From an uncultured Rivularia sp. (GTDB lineage: Bacteria; Cyanobacteriota; Cyanobacteriia; Cyanobacteriales; Nostocaceae), in the NCBI GenBank assembly GCA_963665115.1, contig OY762007.1, positions 2,304,001 to 2,368,000 on the forward strand: a stretch of 64,000 nucleotides of DNA, read 5' to 3'. The position numbers and the translations under genes are program-made. Below, one piece after another: positions 42,691 to 53,728 of this stretch. Position 1 is the stretch's first letter; each line of letters starts with the position of its first letter. Under the pieces are notes generated by a model that saw only the letters and a program-made list of their open reading frames with translations, did not search any database and was not told the origin of the DNA.

Positions 42691-43293
42691 TTATATATAT
42701 AGAAATACTTTCAGCTTTATCTTTTGTAAAGACTCATCAAACTCTATCGCTTCGATCGCATAGCTGCGATCTAACATAAGTTGTTGGGAATTAGTAAGTA
42801 TAGAGTTAGTGAGTTTCAGTTTAGCCTGATCGACTCGATCTTTTCGCAACTGAAAATCTTTTGTAGGAACTCCTACCCAAGTTTCTTGCTTGGCTTCAGA
42901 TAATTCTTTTTCGTTCCTCACTAAAATGTTAGGGGAAGAGTATGGTGCTTTCTCTATAGCAAACTTTAGCTTTTTTATGTCCTTGAAATTTATTACCTGA
43001 GAATTACCATTCAAAGTAATTTGGATTTCTTTTTTCGCAGAATTAAATTTGGTTAACCATCCAAACTTTGGCTTTCCTTCTTTTAACTCTACAATTGCCT
43101 GCGGTAACAAAAGTGTTATTGACTCATCAACGGGCACTTTTTCGATGATCGGAGATAAATTTGAAGGTTTTGTATCTTCATTAGATAACAAAATTTGATT
43201 GTATCCTACTATCCCAACAACCGAAGCTACTAGTGTAATTAGGAACACTTTGGGTAATACTTTCATGTATCCTAATAAAGTGTTAATTTCCAC
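42691..43293 (-). CDS. Hypothetical protein with N-terminal TM/signal
   Basis: 200-aa ORF with hydrophobic N-terminus. Confidence 0.6.
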   Translation of the reverse strand: MEINTLLGYMKVLPKVFLITLVASVVGIVGYNQILLSNEDTKPSNLSPIIEKVPVDESITLLLPQAIVELKEGKPKFGWLTKFNSAKKEIQITLNGNSQVINFKDIKKLKFAIEKAPYSSPNILVRNEKELSEAKQETWVGVPTKDFQLRKDRVDQAKLKLTNSILTNSQQLMLDRSYAIEAIEFDESLQKIKLKVFLYI

Positions 43294-43397
43294 TAATAAT
43301 ACTTGGTTGTTTTTTGAGAATAAAGTATAAATAATACTATTGTTTATAATTCCAGATGATTTTTTTATTCAAAACACTTATAAAACAAATCCGGAAC

Positions 43398-43811
43398 TTA
43401 ATTGATAAAAGGATTGTTTTCTTCTTCTTGGATACATTTCCAAGCAATATACAAAGCAATCGCAATATCATAACCAATACAAACTGTTGGATACCATTGA
43501 GGAACAAAAATGGTTAAGCTATGGTTATCAATAAGTAAATCCCAAACTGGATGAATTAGCCATCCCATCGCTAAAAACCAAGGTGAAAGTTTTATTCCCA
43601 TAAAAGCAATTATGCTGAATAAAATTATTCCAATAATTTCAGTTAATATCCATATAGTATTTTGACTAACAAAAGAAAAGCCGACATATATTGAAGCAGC
43701 GATAATTAAAGCAACAGCGTAAATTTTATAATGGATGTTGGAAGGAAAAGCTTGAATTACTAAAATAGTTAATCCAGCACAAGTAATTCCAACGGCTAAT
43801 TCTAGCAACAT
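43398..43811 (-). CDS. Small membrane protein (DUF6010-like)
   Basis: IYVGF, GWLIHPVWD, VPQWYP..CIGYD. Confidence 0.7.
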   Translation of the reverse strand: MLLELAVGITCAGLTILVIQAFPSNIHYKIYAVALIIAASIYVGFSFVSQNTIWILTEIIGIILFSIIAFMGIKLSPWFLAMGWLIHPVWDLLIDNHSLTIFVPQWYPTVCIGYDIAIALYIAWKCIQEEENNPFIN

Positions 43812-43915
43812 ATAGATATAAGAATATAATTACTTATTTAAATTTGTAGCTCCCTCGGACTAGGGAGCAAGATGCTCCCACTACAGAAATTAATTGGAAT
43901 CCCTATAGTCTATTT

Positions 43916-44332
43916 TTACTTGTTAAATAGCTGTTTCCATTCTTGTAAAAATAATCCAGACCAAATTGTGAAACTAAGCATCAAAGTTCCGATAATAAAA
44001 TCCAACCAGATAAAAATATGCATCTTAAAAGAAAAGCTTTCGGTTGTCTGAAAAAGGTAATGTCCCGGACTTAACATACCAGTTAATGAATAAATACTCA
44101 GACATATATAGGCAAGCCATATAACATTTTTGAGATAAAAAATATAGCCAACGATTCCAATACCAGTTAGTATAAACCAAGATTGATAAACGCTTTGGGG
44201 AGTCATCCATTCGGGACTGGGATAGCTGAGAAAGTTGATAAAATTATCTGTGTAGTGAAAAGCTGTAATTAATACACTAACAATTAATAGTGCTAGAAGT
44301 AATATCTTATGGGATTTTTTTGTATTCATCAT
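43916..44332 (-). CDS. Hypothetical membrane protein
   Basis: Four hydrophobic segments; HYTDN..YPSP. Confidence 0.65.
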   Translation of the reverse strand: MMNTKKSHKILLLALLIVSVLITAFHYTDNFINFLSYPSPEWMTPQSVYQSWFILTGIGIVGYIFYLKNVIWLAYICLSIYSLTGMLSPGHYLFQTTESFSFKMHIFIWLDFIIGTLMLSFTIWSGLFLQEWKQLFNK

Positions 44333-44423
44333 GTTTCTGTAATTACGAACATAATTAGAATACAAAGCTTTCTTTAACAAAATATTGGCAATAATAATCA
44401 AATATTGTCAATTATTATCAAAA

Positions 44424-45317
44424 TTACAAACTATTCCGATATCTTTTAGGTGTGATTCCCATACGTTTGCGAAATGTGTTGGTAAAACGGCTTTGATCGT
44501 AAAATCCTAATTGCTGAGATATTTCTGCTAAAGTCAATTTATGGTCTTTTAATAATTCTTTTGCTTTATTAATTCGGCAATTAAGCACATATTGATAAGG
44601 TGTTACTCCGGTGGATTGCTTGAATAAACGAACGAAGTAATTTGGACTCATCTGCACTAATTCAGCAAGTTGAATCAAGCTCAAGTTACGATCTAAATTT
44701 TCTTTAATATATTCAATGACAAATTTTAATTGACAGCGAGGTATTCCACCTGCAAAATTTTTAATTATCGGTTTTTGTATGGCATAATTTCGCAAAATGT
44801 GAACCGCTAACATAGTTGCTGCGGATTCAGCATACAGAAGACTATTATTATCTGATTCAACTTCTTTTTTTAATGCTAACCCGAGACTATAAATTACCGG
44901 ATCTTCAATGGCAAACTGAGGCAAGATTTCAATTTTATTGCTATCAATGGATCGATCGACACAATTTACTAAAAATTTGGGTTCTAGAGAAAGATTAATA
45001 AACTCTATTTCCTTATCCCAGTTCATGCTCTGAGTCATATATGCGGGATAAATTGCAATCTTACCATTCGTATAAGTTTCCTTAACTACACGCCCTTCAA
45101 TTAATCTTTCTCCTTTAATCGAGTATTTATCAACATGAACCGCAATAATATGTTGTAAAAAACTGATTTCCGGAGTTTCATTTGCAGGTAAGGAATAATA
45201 CCCAATGCCAATATTATCCCATCCTTTACCAGCACTAGAAATTATCGGGGAAAGGGTAATTGGCGAGCTAATTTCTTGGGAATTAAAATTAATAGCTTTG
45301 CTTTTATCTACTGACAT
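44424..45317 (-). CDS. AraC-family transcriptional regulator
   Basis: MSPNYFVRLFKQSTG, LGFYDQSRFTNTFRK..TPKRYR. Confidence 0.93.
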   Translation of the reverse strand: MSVDKSKAINFNSQEISSPITLSPIISSAGKGWDNIGIGYYSLPANETPEISFLQHIIAVHVDKYSIKGERLIEGRVVKETYTNGKIAIYPAYMTQSMNWDKEIEFINLSLEPKFLVNCVDRSIDSNKIEILPQFAIEDPVIYSLGLALKKEVESDNNSLLYAESAATMLAVHILRNYAIQKPIIKNFAGGIPRCQLKFVIEYIKENLDRNLSLIQLAELVQMSPNYFVRLFKQSTGVTPYQYVLNCRINKAKELLKDHKLTLAEISQQLGFYDQSRFTNTFRKRMGITPKRYRNSL

Positions 45318-45407
45318 TGCAGTTACTAATCAACAGTTATATATAACTCTTAACTCCCAACTCCCAACTCCCAACTCCCAACTCCCTACTCCCTACTCCT
45401 AACTTTT

Positions 45408-45842
45408 TTACCCTTTCCTACGACTTAACCAACTATCAACAGAAATCAAATTAAAACTACAGCCAGCTAGCAAGATAAACAAAACGAGATTATAAATTAA
45501 CTGCGAACCTGCTGTATCCCATTTTTGTAACAAACAAACGCCAAACATTAAAGTCATCATTAGCAGAAAATTAGCTATCAATGCTTTGCGGGTTTGTAGC
45601 CCTAAAATTAATAGCAAACCTACAGCAAATTCTACAATGGGAATTAGATAAGCGGGGCCAGCGATTAATAATGGAGGAATGGCAATCTCTTTGTAAAGTC
45701 CTACTTGAGAATCGACAAAACCAGATATATTAGGAAGTCTAACTAAGCCATGCACAAACATATTGATACCGAAAACTAGCCGTAAAAACGTGTAAGCTAA
45801 AACGATATCTATATTACGCAATTGGACTTTAGAATTAAACAT
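45408..45842 (-). CDS. DoxX-family membrane protein
   Basis: LRLVFGINMFVHG, EFAVGLLLILGLQTR, ISVD. Confidence 0.85.
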   Translation of the reverse strand: MFNSKVQLRNIDIVLAYTFLRLVFGINMFVHGLVRLPNISGFVDSQVGLYKEIAIPPLLIAGPAYLIPIVEFAVGLLLILGLQTRKALIANFLLMMTLMFGVCLLQKWDTAGSQLIYNLVLFILLAGCSFNLISVDSWLSRRKG

Positions 45843-46272
45843 TTGTTCTATTAGACTCCGTGATGTAGGTGTCATCATAGTCGTTAGTTGATGATGCTGC
45901 ATCCAAGCTAACTGGACCAGTTCCGTAGTAATATATCAGCAACATTGCACCCACTAAACCAAAGTTTTTCAGAAAAGCATTTAATTCGTCGGGGTTAGTA
46001 AAAGCATTGTGAAAAACGAATGTTGTCGGAACTAAAAAGATAATTAATAAAATTGCTCCGATACGTGCTTTAAAACCGAACAGAATCGAAAGTCCACCGA
46101 CTAAAGTACAGAAAATATTACCTGCAAGTAATAAAGGTGGAAAAGGTAAACCTCTGTTAGTCATCATTTCTACAATTCCTGGAAAACCAAGAGTATTTGC
46201 AACCGCAGCCTTAAGAAAAATCGCTGCAAGAAAAGCTCTACCAATTAACGGAATATATTTTTTGAAGCCCAT
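45835..46272 (-). CDS. DoxX-family membrane protein
   Basis: LIGRAFLAAIF, FLKNFGLVG, GPVSLD. Confidence 0.85.
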   Translation of the reverse strand: MGFKKYIPLIGRAFLAAIFLKAAVANTLGFPGIVEMMTNRGLPFPPLLLAGNIFCTLVGGLSILFGFKARIGAILLIIFLVPTTFVFHNAFTNPDELNAFLKNFGLVGAMLLIYYYGTGPVSLDAASSTNDYDDTYITESNRTNV

Positions 46273-46395
46273 GATTAATTTTAGATTTTGGATTTAATTT
46301 AGTTATGAATTAAGAATTGAGAGTTAGAGGTTAGGAGTTAAGAGTTAGGAATTATATTCCTCATCCCCTTGTCCCCTCATCTCCCCATCTCCCCA

Positions 46396-47649
46396 TCACT
46401 TGTTGCCTGTAGATATAATAATCCTCGATGCACCTTCACCGAATAAATAGTATTTTAGCCAGTTGAAAAGTACTCCTAAACGATTGCGAATTCCGGGGAG
46501 GTATAGCAAATGAACTTCTAACCACAGAAACCAAGCAATAAATCCTTTGATTGGGAATTTACCAATTTTCCCGATTCCTGCGTGTTTTCCAATTATTGCT
46601 AAACGTCCTTTGTTGAAGTAATCGAAGGGTTGGAGCGATCGCCCTTTCATTTGTCGGAGAATGTTATCTGCTGCTGTTTTTCCTTGTTGAATTGCTTCTT
46701 GTGCTACTCCATTGAATTTTTCTTCGGAATCGACGTAAGAAACGTCTCCTATACCATATACATTTTTATGTCCGCAAAGTTGTAAGGTTTGCTCAACTAT
46801 AACTTGATCTTTTGCAGCGGTTTTTACCGATCGATTTGTTTTAGGTGTCGCGGCTAATACTCCCGCAGTCCAAATTACTGTATCTGTAAATATAGCTGTA
46901 TTATCTTCTAAATAAACGGCTTCTGAAGTGACTTTACTTACTTTGGAATTGAGATGTACCTTGACTCCCTGACGACGCAGGTATTTTTCGGTATAGTTTC
47001 CTAATTGTTGGGAATAGCTGGGAAATAATTGTTCTCCCGATTGTAAAAGTATGACTCGCGCTAGTTCGGAATTTAAGCTGGGAAAATCTTTTTTAAAAGC
47101 CTTATGAATCAATTCGTTTAAACTACCGGCTAACTCTACACCAGTTGCACCACCACCAACTATGACGAAGGTTAACAACCGTATTCTTTCTTGCTCGTCG
47201 GTAACTTTGGCAGCCTTCTCAAAATTACTTAAAACTTGATTGCGGATGGCGATCGCATCTGTCAGAGTCCTCATTGGCAAACTGTTTTCTGGCGCTCCGG
47301 TGACTCCAAGGAATTGCGATTGGCTACCCGTAGCAATTACTAAATAATCGTAATTAATTGCTACATCGGCGCTATAAATTATTTGATTATCAAAATCAAC
47401 TTTGTCAACGTTTGCTTGCAAAAAATTTACTGTCGGAAAACCCCTGAATAAACTACGCAAAGGATAAATGACTTGATGCGGATAAAGTACAGCAGTGGCT
47501 ACTTGGTAGAGCATCGGGATAAAAGTGTGATAATTATGACGGTCAATTAATAAAACATTGACTCCATGCTTACCCAGTTTTTTGGCAGCTTCTACACCCG
47601 CGAAACCAGCACCGATGATTACGACTTTTGGCTTATGAGAGGGCTTCAT
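46396..47649 (-). CDS. Type II NAD(P)H dehydrogenase
   Basis: GAGFAG, FIPMLYQVAT, GGGATGVELAG, WTAGV. Confidence 0.9.
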   Translation of the reverse strand: MKPSHKPKVVIIGAGFAGVEAAKKLGKHGVNVLLIDRHNYHTFIPMLYQVATAVLYPHQVIYPLRSLFRGFPTVNFLQANVDKVDFDNQIIYSADVAINYDYLVIATGSQSQFLGVTGAPENSLPMRTLTDAIAIRNQVLSNFEKAAKVTDEQERIRLLTFVIVGGGATGVELAGSLNELIHKAFKKDFPSLNSELARVILLQSGEQLFPSYSQQLGNYTEKYLRRQGVKVHLNSKVSKVTSEAVYLEDNTAIFTDTVIWTAGVLAATPKTNRSVKTAAKDQVIVEQTLQLCGHKNVYGIGDVSYVDSEEKFNGVAQEAIQQGKTAADNILRQMKGRSLQPFDYFNKGRLAIIGKHAGIGKIGKFPIKGFIAWFLWLEVHLLYLPGIRNRLGVLFNWLKYYLFGEGASRIIISTGNK

Positions 47650-48233
47650 CTCTCTTTCCTCAAGTGGTTTGATATAGCTTGCATTTTTTGCAGTATACTG
47701 ATATGCGATTTATCTTGAACAGATATCTATTTTAAAGAATATATTAACTAGGTTTTTGAGTAAACTTAAAGACAATTCTCAAAATATAACTTTAGACCTA
47801 CTTCTTCAGGACTAATTCCTTAATCGTAGTATCTTGAGAAGATTTAGAAAATTAGATTTTCTCCTATAAAATACTGTGATGATTGTGATAGCGCTAACTT
47901 CTCTTCGATTTGCATACGGTTTACCTAGTAGATATTGGTAATTATGTGCATAAAGTTTGTGTAAAGACTGCAATATTATTCATAAAAGTGGTCTGACTAG
48001 CGAGAGAATAATGCAGGGATTATCTTCTACACAGATTTTTTGTGCTGATAGCGAAGTTTAAAAATATACAGTATTACTCAGCAAAATGTTTTGATGTTTT
48101 TGCCGGTATTTTCATGCTGTAATCGTACAAATAACAGGACTTCGCTTTCTTAATAATCAGCAAGAAATAAAGTTTAAAAATCTAGAAACAATAATATCCC
48201 TTTCAAAGCATCAATAAACCAGGGAGAGTTACT

Positions 48234-49397
48234 ATGGCTGAACAAGAAATGACTACAATACCCGTTAATCGGATAGATGAACCAATAAAACAACCGATTC
48301 CTGTCGAATCTGATTTTCCCATTGGAGGACCTTCTCCTGAAGCAACAATTATAGTAGGAGACGGCATACAAGCAGGTGAATCACAATTAAGCACTGACTC
48401 CATACTTCCTGCACCAAACCGTATTGAAGGAACCGATCGACCAGAGATACTTTACAGTACACCTGGAGACGATCTTGTTTTAGCGAAGGGTGGTGACGAT
48501 ACTATCTTTGGTAGTTTAGGAGATGATTTCTATAACGGTGGTAAAGGATTTGATACTTTAGACTACACTCTTTTAGGACAAAAGATTACCCTACTTCCGC
48601 GAGGTTTTATTGGTAATGGAAGTAGTCAAGGAAGTAATATTCAAGAAATAGAGAGAATTGTCGGCGCAGCTGGGAAAGATAATACTATCGACGGTTCCGG
48701 TGGTGGTAAAACTCCTGTATTTTTCACTATCGATTTATCCAAAAATAAATTAATAGTAGAAAATACTCCCACCTTTGGTTCTGTTGAATTTGTAGTTGAA
48801 AACTTTGTCAACGTTGAAGGAACAGAAAATTCCGATTTTATTGTCGGCGATAATAAAAACAATAAATTATCAGGAAATGGTGGAAATGATACTTTAATTG
48901 GTCTTTTCGGTAATGACACCTTGAGTGGTGGTTCTGGGAATGATACTTTAACAGGTGCAGATCCAGATGTAGAAAATACTGTAAAAAGAGAAAAAGATGT
49001 CTTAACAGGTGGAACGGGAACAGATACATATATTTTAGGTAATGAATTTGGTTCCTTCTATGATGATTTCGGCAATAAAGATTTTGCTAAAATTACCGAT
49101 TTTTCATTTGGAGAAATAATTCAATTAGGTGATGGGGAAACCTATAACGTCGAGCAAAAAAATAATGGGTTTAATATATTCGTAGTTGAAGATTTTGGTA
49201 GAGATTTGATTGGTAAAGTAAGGCTTTCCTCTGGAATTACCAGTGCAAAGAGTACAAATAGTTCATTTATGGCAGCATCATCAACATTAGATGCTAGTGC
49301 ATTAACGGGAACTAATTCTGATTCTTTAACAAGTGAAGTCACTGGAATGTTTACGAGTATAACTTTGAACGAACAAGGAAATATTTCCTTCGCGTAA
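48234..49397 (+). CDS. RTX-type calcium-binding secreted protein
   Basis: GGNDTL/GNDTL nonapeptide repeats, AKITDF. Confidence 0.85.
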   Translation: MAEQEMTTIPVNRIDEPIKQPIPVESDFPIGGPSPEATIIVGDGIQAGESQLSTDSILPAPNRIEGTDRPEILYSTPGDDLVLAKGGDDTIFGSLGDDFYNGGKGFDTLDYTLLGQKITLLPRGFIGNGSSQGSNIQEIERIVGAAGKDNTIDGSGGGKTPVFFTIDLSKNKLIVENTPTFGSVEFVVENFVNVEGTENSDFIVGDNKNNKLSGNGGNDTLIGLFGNDTLSGGSGNDTLTGADPDVENTVKREKDVLTGGTGTDTYILGNEFGSFYDDFGNKDFAKITDFSFGEIIQLGDGETYNVEQKNNGFNIFVVEDFGRDLIGKVRLSSGITSAKSTNSSFMAASSTLDASALTGTNSDSLTSEVTGMFTSITLNEQGNISFA

Positions 49398-49559
49398 TTG
49401 TTAGAAACAAAAACCCGGCTTAAAAAAAACCGGGTTCTTTAATTATTAGTTTCTTAATTACGATCAATGATTTAGAAGTTTTAGATCTCAACGGCTTTAA
49501 TTACGGATGCTGAGGAGATTAAGGGGATGGGAGATGGGGAGTTATAGATTTGATAATTG

Positions 49560-50141
49560 TTAATTGTTAATTGATTCAAACACGATTCCTTCATACAGCA
49601 ACTCGATGGGAAACTCAAATTCAATGCTTGATAAAGTAACAATATCTCCTGCTGTATAGGGATAATAAAGCCACATTCTTCCTTCTCCTCTACAGTAACG
49701 CTCGACGGAGATTTTTTCCGAATCAATCAAGATATATTCTTGCAAAGAAGGCATTTTTAAATAATAAGTGAATTTTTCGCCCCTATCTTTAGAACTTGTA
49801 CCGGGAGAAAGCACTTCAGCAATTAACTTGGGATTTTTATAAAATTTACGAGCATTCAAATCTTCAGAATCACAACTGACGATAACATCAGGATAGTAAT
49901 AAGGACTTTGAGGTGTTACCTGCACTTTCACATCCGACACGTTAGCCTTACAACCTCTAGAACGTAAATGTGGGTACAAGTTTCTGTAAAAGTTCAGAGC
50001 AATATCATTATGAGGGATTGTACTACCCGTCATTGCAAAAACTTCGCCGTTAAGATACTCATAGCGAATTTCTTGCTGGGGTTCCCATTCAAGATATTCC
50101 TCGATTGTCATTTTTTGCGGTTGTTCGGGTATAGCTACCAT
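49560..50141 (-). CDS. Uma2-family endonuclease-like protein
   Basis: EYLEWE..RYEY, YPDVIV, AEVLSPGT..DRGEK. Confidence 0.92.
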   Translation of the reverse strand: MVAIPEQPQKMTIEEYLEWEPQQEIRYEYLNGEVFAMTGSTIPHNDIALNFYRNLYPHLRSRGCKANVSDVKVQVTPQSPYYYPDVIVSCDSEDLNARKFYKNPKLIAEVLSPGTSSKDRGEKFTYYLKMPSLQEYILIDSEKISVERYCRGEGRMWLYYPYTAGDIVTLSSIEFEFPIELLYEGIVFESINN

Positions 50142-50351
50142 ATCAAGATTTTTGTTAAAGAGCTTTATTAGATTTTAGCTATTTGGAGAAGGGGGAGACA
50201 TTATTAAAGTAGTAAGTAGTGAGTAGTGAGTAGTGAGTAATAAGTAAAAATAGACGTAATACGGCAGCAACATTTATGACAATAAGAATAAAAAGTGATT
50301 TACTTGCTACTTTCTACTTGCTACTTGTTACTCGCTACTCCTAACTGTTCC

Positions 50352-51146
50352 CTATTCCCTATTCCCTATTCCCTCTTTTATTGAATTCAAACCATAACCA
50401 AAAACTTTCCCATTTCTAAATAGTTGGTATCCAACAAATATCAAGCTAGCTGATATAAGGAGAGCTAAAAAGTTAAATGAGGTAAATAGTCTACCGGAAA
50501 ACAAAAGTAACGCAGTTCCAACTCCGATCAAACCCCATCCCCAACTACGGTTGATTTCCCTTTTAACAAGAATAAAGACTCCCCCAATCCATAATAAAAC
50601 GGTTGGAAAACCAACACTCAAGCCAATTCGAGTATTTGCTGCGAAAATTAATATTCCTGCAACCATTGATGCTAAACCAACGAACTTACTTTTACGGTCT
50701 ACAACTTGTACTTGTTGCTCGTTATTGATAGCTTGAGGTTGGATAGTGGTGGTTTGATTTGTTGCGATCGCAGTTTGCTGACTTTGCTGTTTGTATTGAA
50801 ATATAAAAGTCACTTTATTTTCGTTCCCGAGGTCAATTCTATCCCCTAAATTAAGTAGATAGCGTGTATGATTTTCTAACTTATTTCCGTTTAAATAAGT
50901 ACCGTTAGAACTACCGATATCTATTAAATAGTAAGTATTATGTTCTACAATAATTTCTGCGTGGACTCGCGAAACAATGTCGGCAGAAGGTAAATCTAAA
51001 ACATTAATATCTATAGGAACTTGTTCGTTAGGTTTCCCGATACGAATAATAGGATAATTTGGCAGAATTTCAAACGAAGTATTGGTTTGAGTATGGAGCA
51101 GTTCTAAACCCAGCCCTGTTGTTTGTAAAGTGCCTAAGTTTTGCAT
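50352..51146 (-). CDS. FHA-domain membrane protein
   Basis: IGK..VSRVHA..GSSNGTYLNG; four C-terminal TMs. Confidence 0.88.
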   Translation of the reverse strand: MQNLGTLQTTGLGLELLHTQTNTSFEILPNYPIIRIGKPNEQVPIDINVLDLPSADIVSRVHAEIIVEHNTYYLIDIGSSNGTYLNGNKLENHTRYLLNLGDRIDLGNENKVTFIFQYKQQSQQTAIATNQTTTIQPQAINNEQQVQVVDRKSKFVGLASMVAGILIFAANTRIGLSVGFPTVLLWIGGVFILVKREINRSWGWGLIGVGTALLLFSGRLFTSFNFLALLISASLIFVGYQLFRNGKVFGYGLNSIKEGIGNRE

Positions 51147-51196
51147 TTTCAGGGATGATACTTGTATTTATTAATCTTGATTGTAGCGAGAAAATA

Positions 51197-51385
51197 GGGA
51201 GTAGGGAGTTGGGAGTAGGGAGTAGAGAGTAGGGAGTTGGGAGTAGGGAGTTGGGAGTAGGGAGTTGGGAGTAGGGAGTTGGGAGTAGGGAGTTGGGAGT
51301 TGGGAGTTGGGAGTAGGGAGTTGGGAGTTGGGAGTTGGGAGTAGGGAGTTGGGAGTTGGGAGTAGGGAGTTGGGAGTTGGGAGTA
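51197..51385. repeat. STRR heptamer array (GGGAGTW) x ~27
   Basis: Direct inspection; shorter related arrays at ~1425, 2700, 9288, 23010, 45350, 55435, 62500. Confidence 0.95.
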
Positions 51386-51446
51386 GAGAACAGTTATGAT
51401 TATCAACTAGAATTTTTTTTAACTCCTAATTCCTAACTCATAACTC

Positions 51447-53204
51447 CTAATTCCTAACTCCTAACTCTACTTTTTCTCCTTGTCCCCCTATCTCCCTATT
51501 TCCCACTCTCTTCTGATGTAGGGGAATTTCAATGATAAATTCGGTTCCTTTACCGGGTTCTGATTGGCAACTTAGTTTACCTTGATGTTTTTCAACGATT
51601 ATTTGATAGGTAATTGATAAACCCAATCCGGTTCCTTTTCCTACAGGTTTTGTAGTGAAAAACGGATCGAATAGTTTGTTTTTCACTTTTTCTGTCATTC
51701 CCATTCCGTTATCTGCTATTCGGACTGCTATAGTTTTATTATTGATTAGTTCCGTATGAATGATGATTTGGGGATTTTGCATATCGAGTTTATCTCTTCC
51801 CTCTTCCAATACATCTATTGCATTGTTAATAATGTTCATAAATGTTTGATTTAATTGTCCGGGATAGCACTCGACTTTAGGGAGTTGATGATAATTTTTA
51901 ATAATTTCAATTCCGGTTCGATTCGGTTTAGATTTAAGACGATTTTGTAAGATTAATAAAGTACTTTCTATCCCTTCGTGGATATCAACTTCTTTCATGT
52001 CAGCTTCATCAAGACGAGAAAAGTTACGTAAAGATAAAACTATTTCACGAATGCGAGTTGCTCCTATTTTCATTGAAGCTAATATCTTGGGTAAATCTTC
52101 TTTTACAAAGTCCAATTCCATATCTTCACGTTTTTCTTCTATATCGTCTCCGGGATTGGGAAATTCTTGTTGATAAAGTACTAGTAATTCTAAAATATCT
52201 TCTATATATTGATTTACATGGTTGATATTACCGTAAACGAAACTAACAGGATTATTGATTTCGTGGGCAACTCCAGCTACCATTTGCCCTAAGCTAGACA
52301 TTTTTTCGGTTTGAATAAGTTGGGCTTGGGTGCTTTTGAGTTCATCTAGGGTTTGTTCTAATTCAGCTTGTGCTTGAGTGCGATCGCCAATTTCATGTTT
52401 GAGATTTTGGTTGAGTTTGATTAATGCTTGACTGCCTTCGATAATTTCGGTGTATGATTCGGTTAATTTTTCCGTCATCCGGTTGAATTCGTTAGCAAGT
52501 TGCTCTAATTCATCTTTTGTCCGAATATTAAAGCGATAATCAAGTTTACCCGCAGCAATTGCAGATGCTCCCTTTTGTAATTTGTCTAATGAATTAATAA
52601 GTGGAAGCATAATTAAGAAGAATTGACTGATAAAAACCAGCAGGATGGTAATTATAATTGCATAGGTTACTCGTTCTGAAATGCGCTGCATTTGTTCAAG
52701 TTCATCTTCAACAGTAATAATATTTTCGCGAGCGCTATCTATCAAATCGTTTAGAAATAATTCAATATCTTTAGCAAAAGAGTTGATTGCTCTAAAATCT
52801 TGTTGAGAATCAGCTAAATATGCATCGGATGAAGTTTTATCGTTTTTTTTGACTTCCTCACTCAAGCGTACTAAAAAAGTGTGGCGACGACGAATATCAT
52901 TTATTTGTTTAGCATCTGGTCTTAAAGTTTCTAGTCTGAGGAGCTTAGCTTTAAACTTATTTTGATATTTTTCTACATCTGACTTTTTATTGTTAAGTAA
53001 TACATCATCTTTAAGGGCATCGATTTCATTTTTTAAATCAACTTCTAATTGTAAAGCTATTTCAATTTCTTTACTGTATTTTTCAAATTTGCGGCTAATA
53101 TTTGCTAAAGCTCGATTTTTCCATAAAGAATTCCCAGTTAAAACAACAGCTATCAATCCTGCGAAGCAAGCAGAAGAAAGGGTAAATTTTGTGAAAATTT
53201 TCAT
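51447..53204 (-). CDS. Membrane sensor histidine kinase with HAMP
   Basis: Two TMs, HAMP (DELEQLANEFN), GVAHEINNP, GTGLGL. Confidence 0.93.
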   Translation of the reverse strand: MKIFTKFTLSSACFAGLIAVVLTGNSLWKNRALANISRKFEKYSKEIEIALQLEVDLKNEIDALKDDVLLNNKKSDVEKYQNKFKAKLLRLETLRPDAKQINDIRRRHTFLVRLSEEVKKNDKTSSDAYLADSQQDFRAINSFAKDIELFLNDLIDSARENIITVEDELEQMQRISERVTYAIIITILLVFISQFFLIMLPLINSLDKLQKGASAIAAGKLDYRFNIRTKDELEQLANEFNRMTEKLTESYTEIIEGSQALIKLNQNLKHEIGDRTQAQAELEQTLDELKSTQAQLIQTEKMSSLGQMVAGVAHEINNPVSFVYGNINHVNQYIEDILELLVLYQQEFPNPGDDIEEKREDMELDFVKEDLPKILASMKIGATRIREIVLSLRNFSRLDEADMKEVDIHEGIESTLLILQNRLKSKPNRTGIEIIKNYHQLPKVECYPGQLNQTFMNIINNAIDVLEEGRDKLDMQNPQIIIHTELINNKTIAVRIADNGMGMTEKVKNKLFDPFFTTKPVGKGTGLGLSITYQIIVEKHQGKLSCQSEPGKGTEFIIEIPLHQKRVGNREIGGQGEKVELGVRN

Positions 53205-53545
53205 TGCACCCTCTCCGATTTCAAGCTTAACTTGGCTTGAAGTTTACGAGTTGGTGTATAGTCAGCATCTTGAACAGAAGTATAACCGGCTGATTGTGTT
53301 TTTAAAGATTCTTCTAAATACCTCTCCAAACGATCAACCATCCGCTGTTGCTCTTCAAGGCTTTTAGTCGGTAGCACCCCAATTATTAAAGGCTGAATAT
53401 TGTCATTGCTGCTCGGAGCCACTGGAGGTATTAACAAATTACCCGTAATAGAAATTTTGCTCGAACAGCTTGCATTAAGAAACGCAAGTATAGCAACTAA
53501 TAAAAAAGCTGCCGATTTACTCAGAGAACGATTATTTTTTTGCAT
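53201..53545 (-). pseudogene. Internally deleted PhnD-like substrate-binding lipoprotein
   Basis: Lipobox NASC; N-terminal LIIGVLP..LERYLEESL joined directly to C-terminal GYTSVQDADY..RKL. Confidence 0.6.
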
Positions 53546-53728
53546 GGCACCCAAACATGATTAAAATCTTTTGCCAACCCTAGATGCATAACTAGAAGAA
53601 TTATTTAGCCCAGTCTATGCCTAAGCTTAGTTTTCCCAAAAGGGTGACGAAGATAACAAATTTTGCTAAAAATCATGTTTGGGGATTGGGGATTGGGGAT
53701 TGGAAGTTAGGAGTTGAAACATTAAACC

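Noticed and set aside
51149..51406. 85-aa ORF (PTPYSQL repeats)
   Set aside because: Translation of the STRR heptamer array; same for 1517-1717, 9104-9355 and 45205-45402
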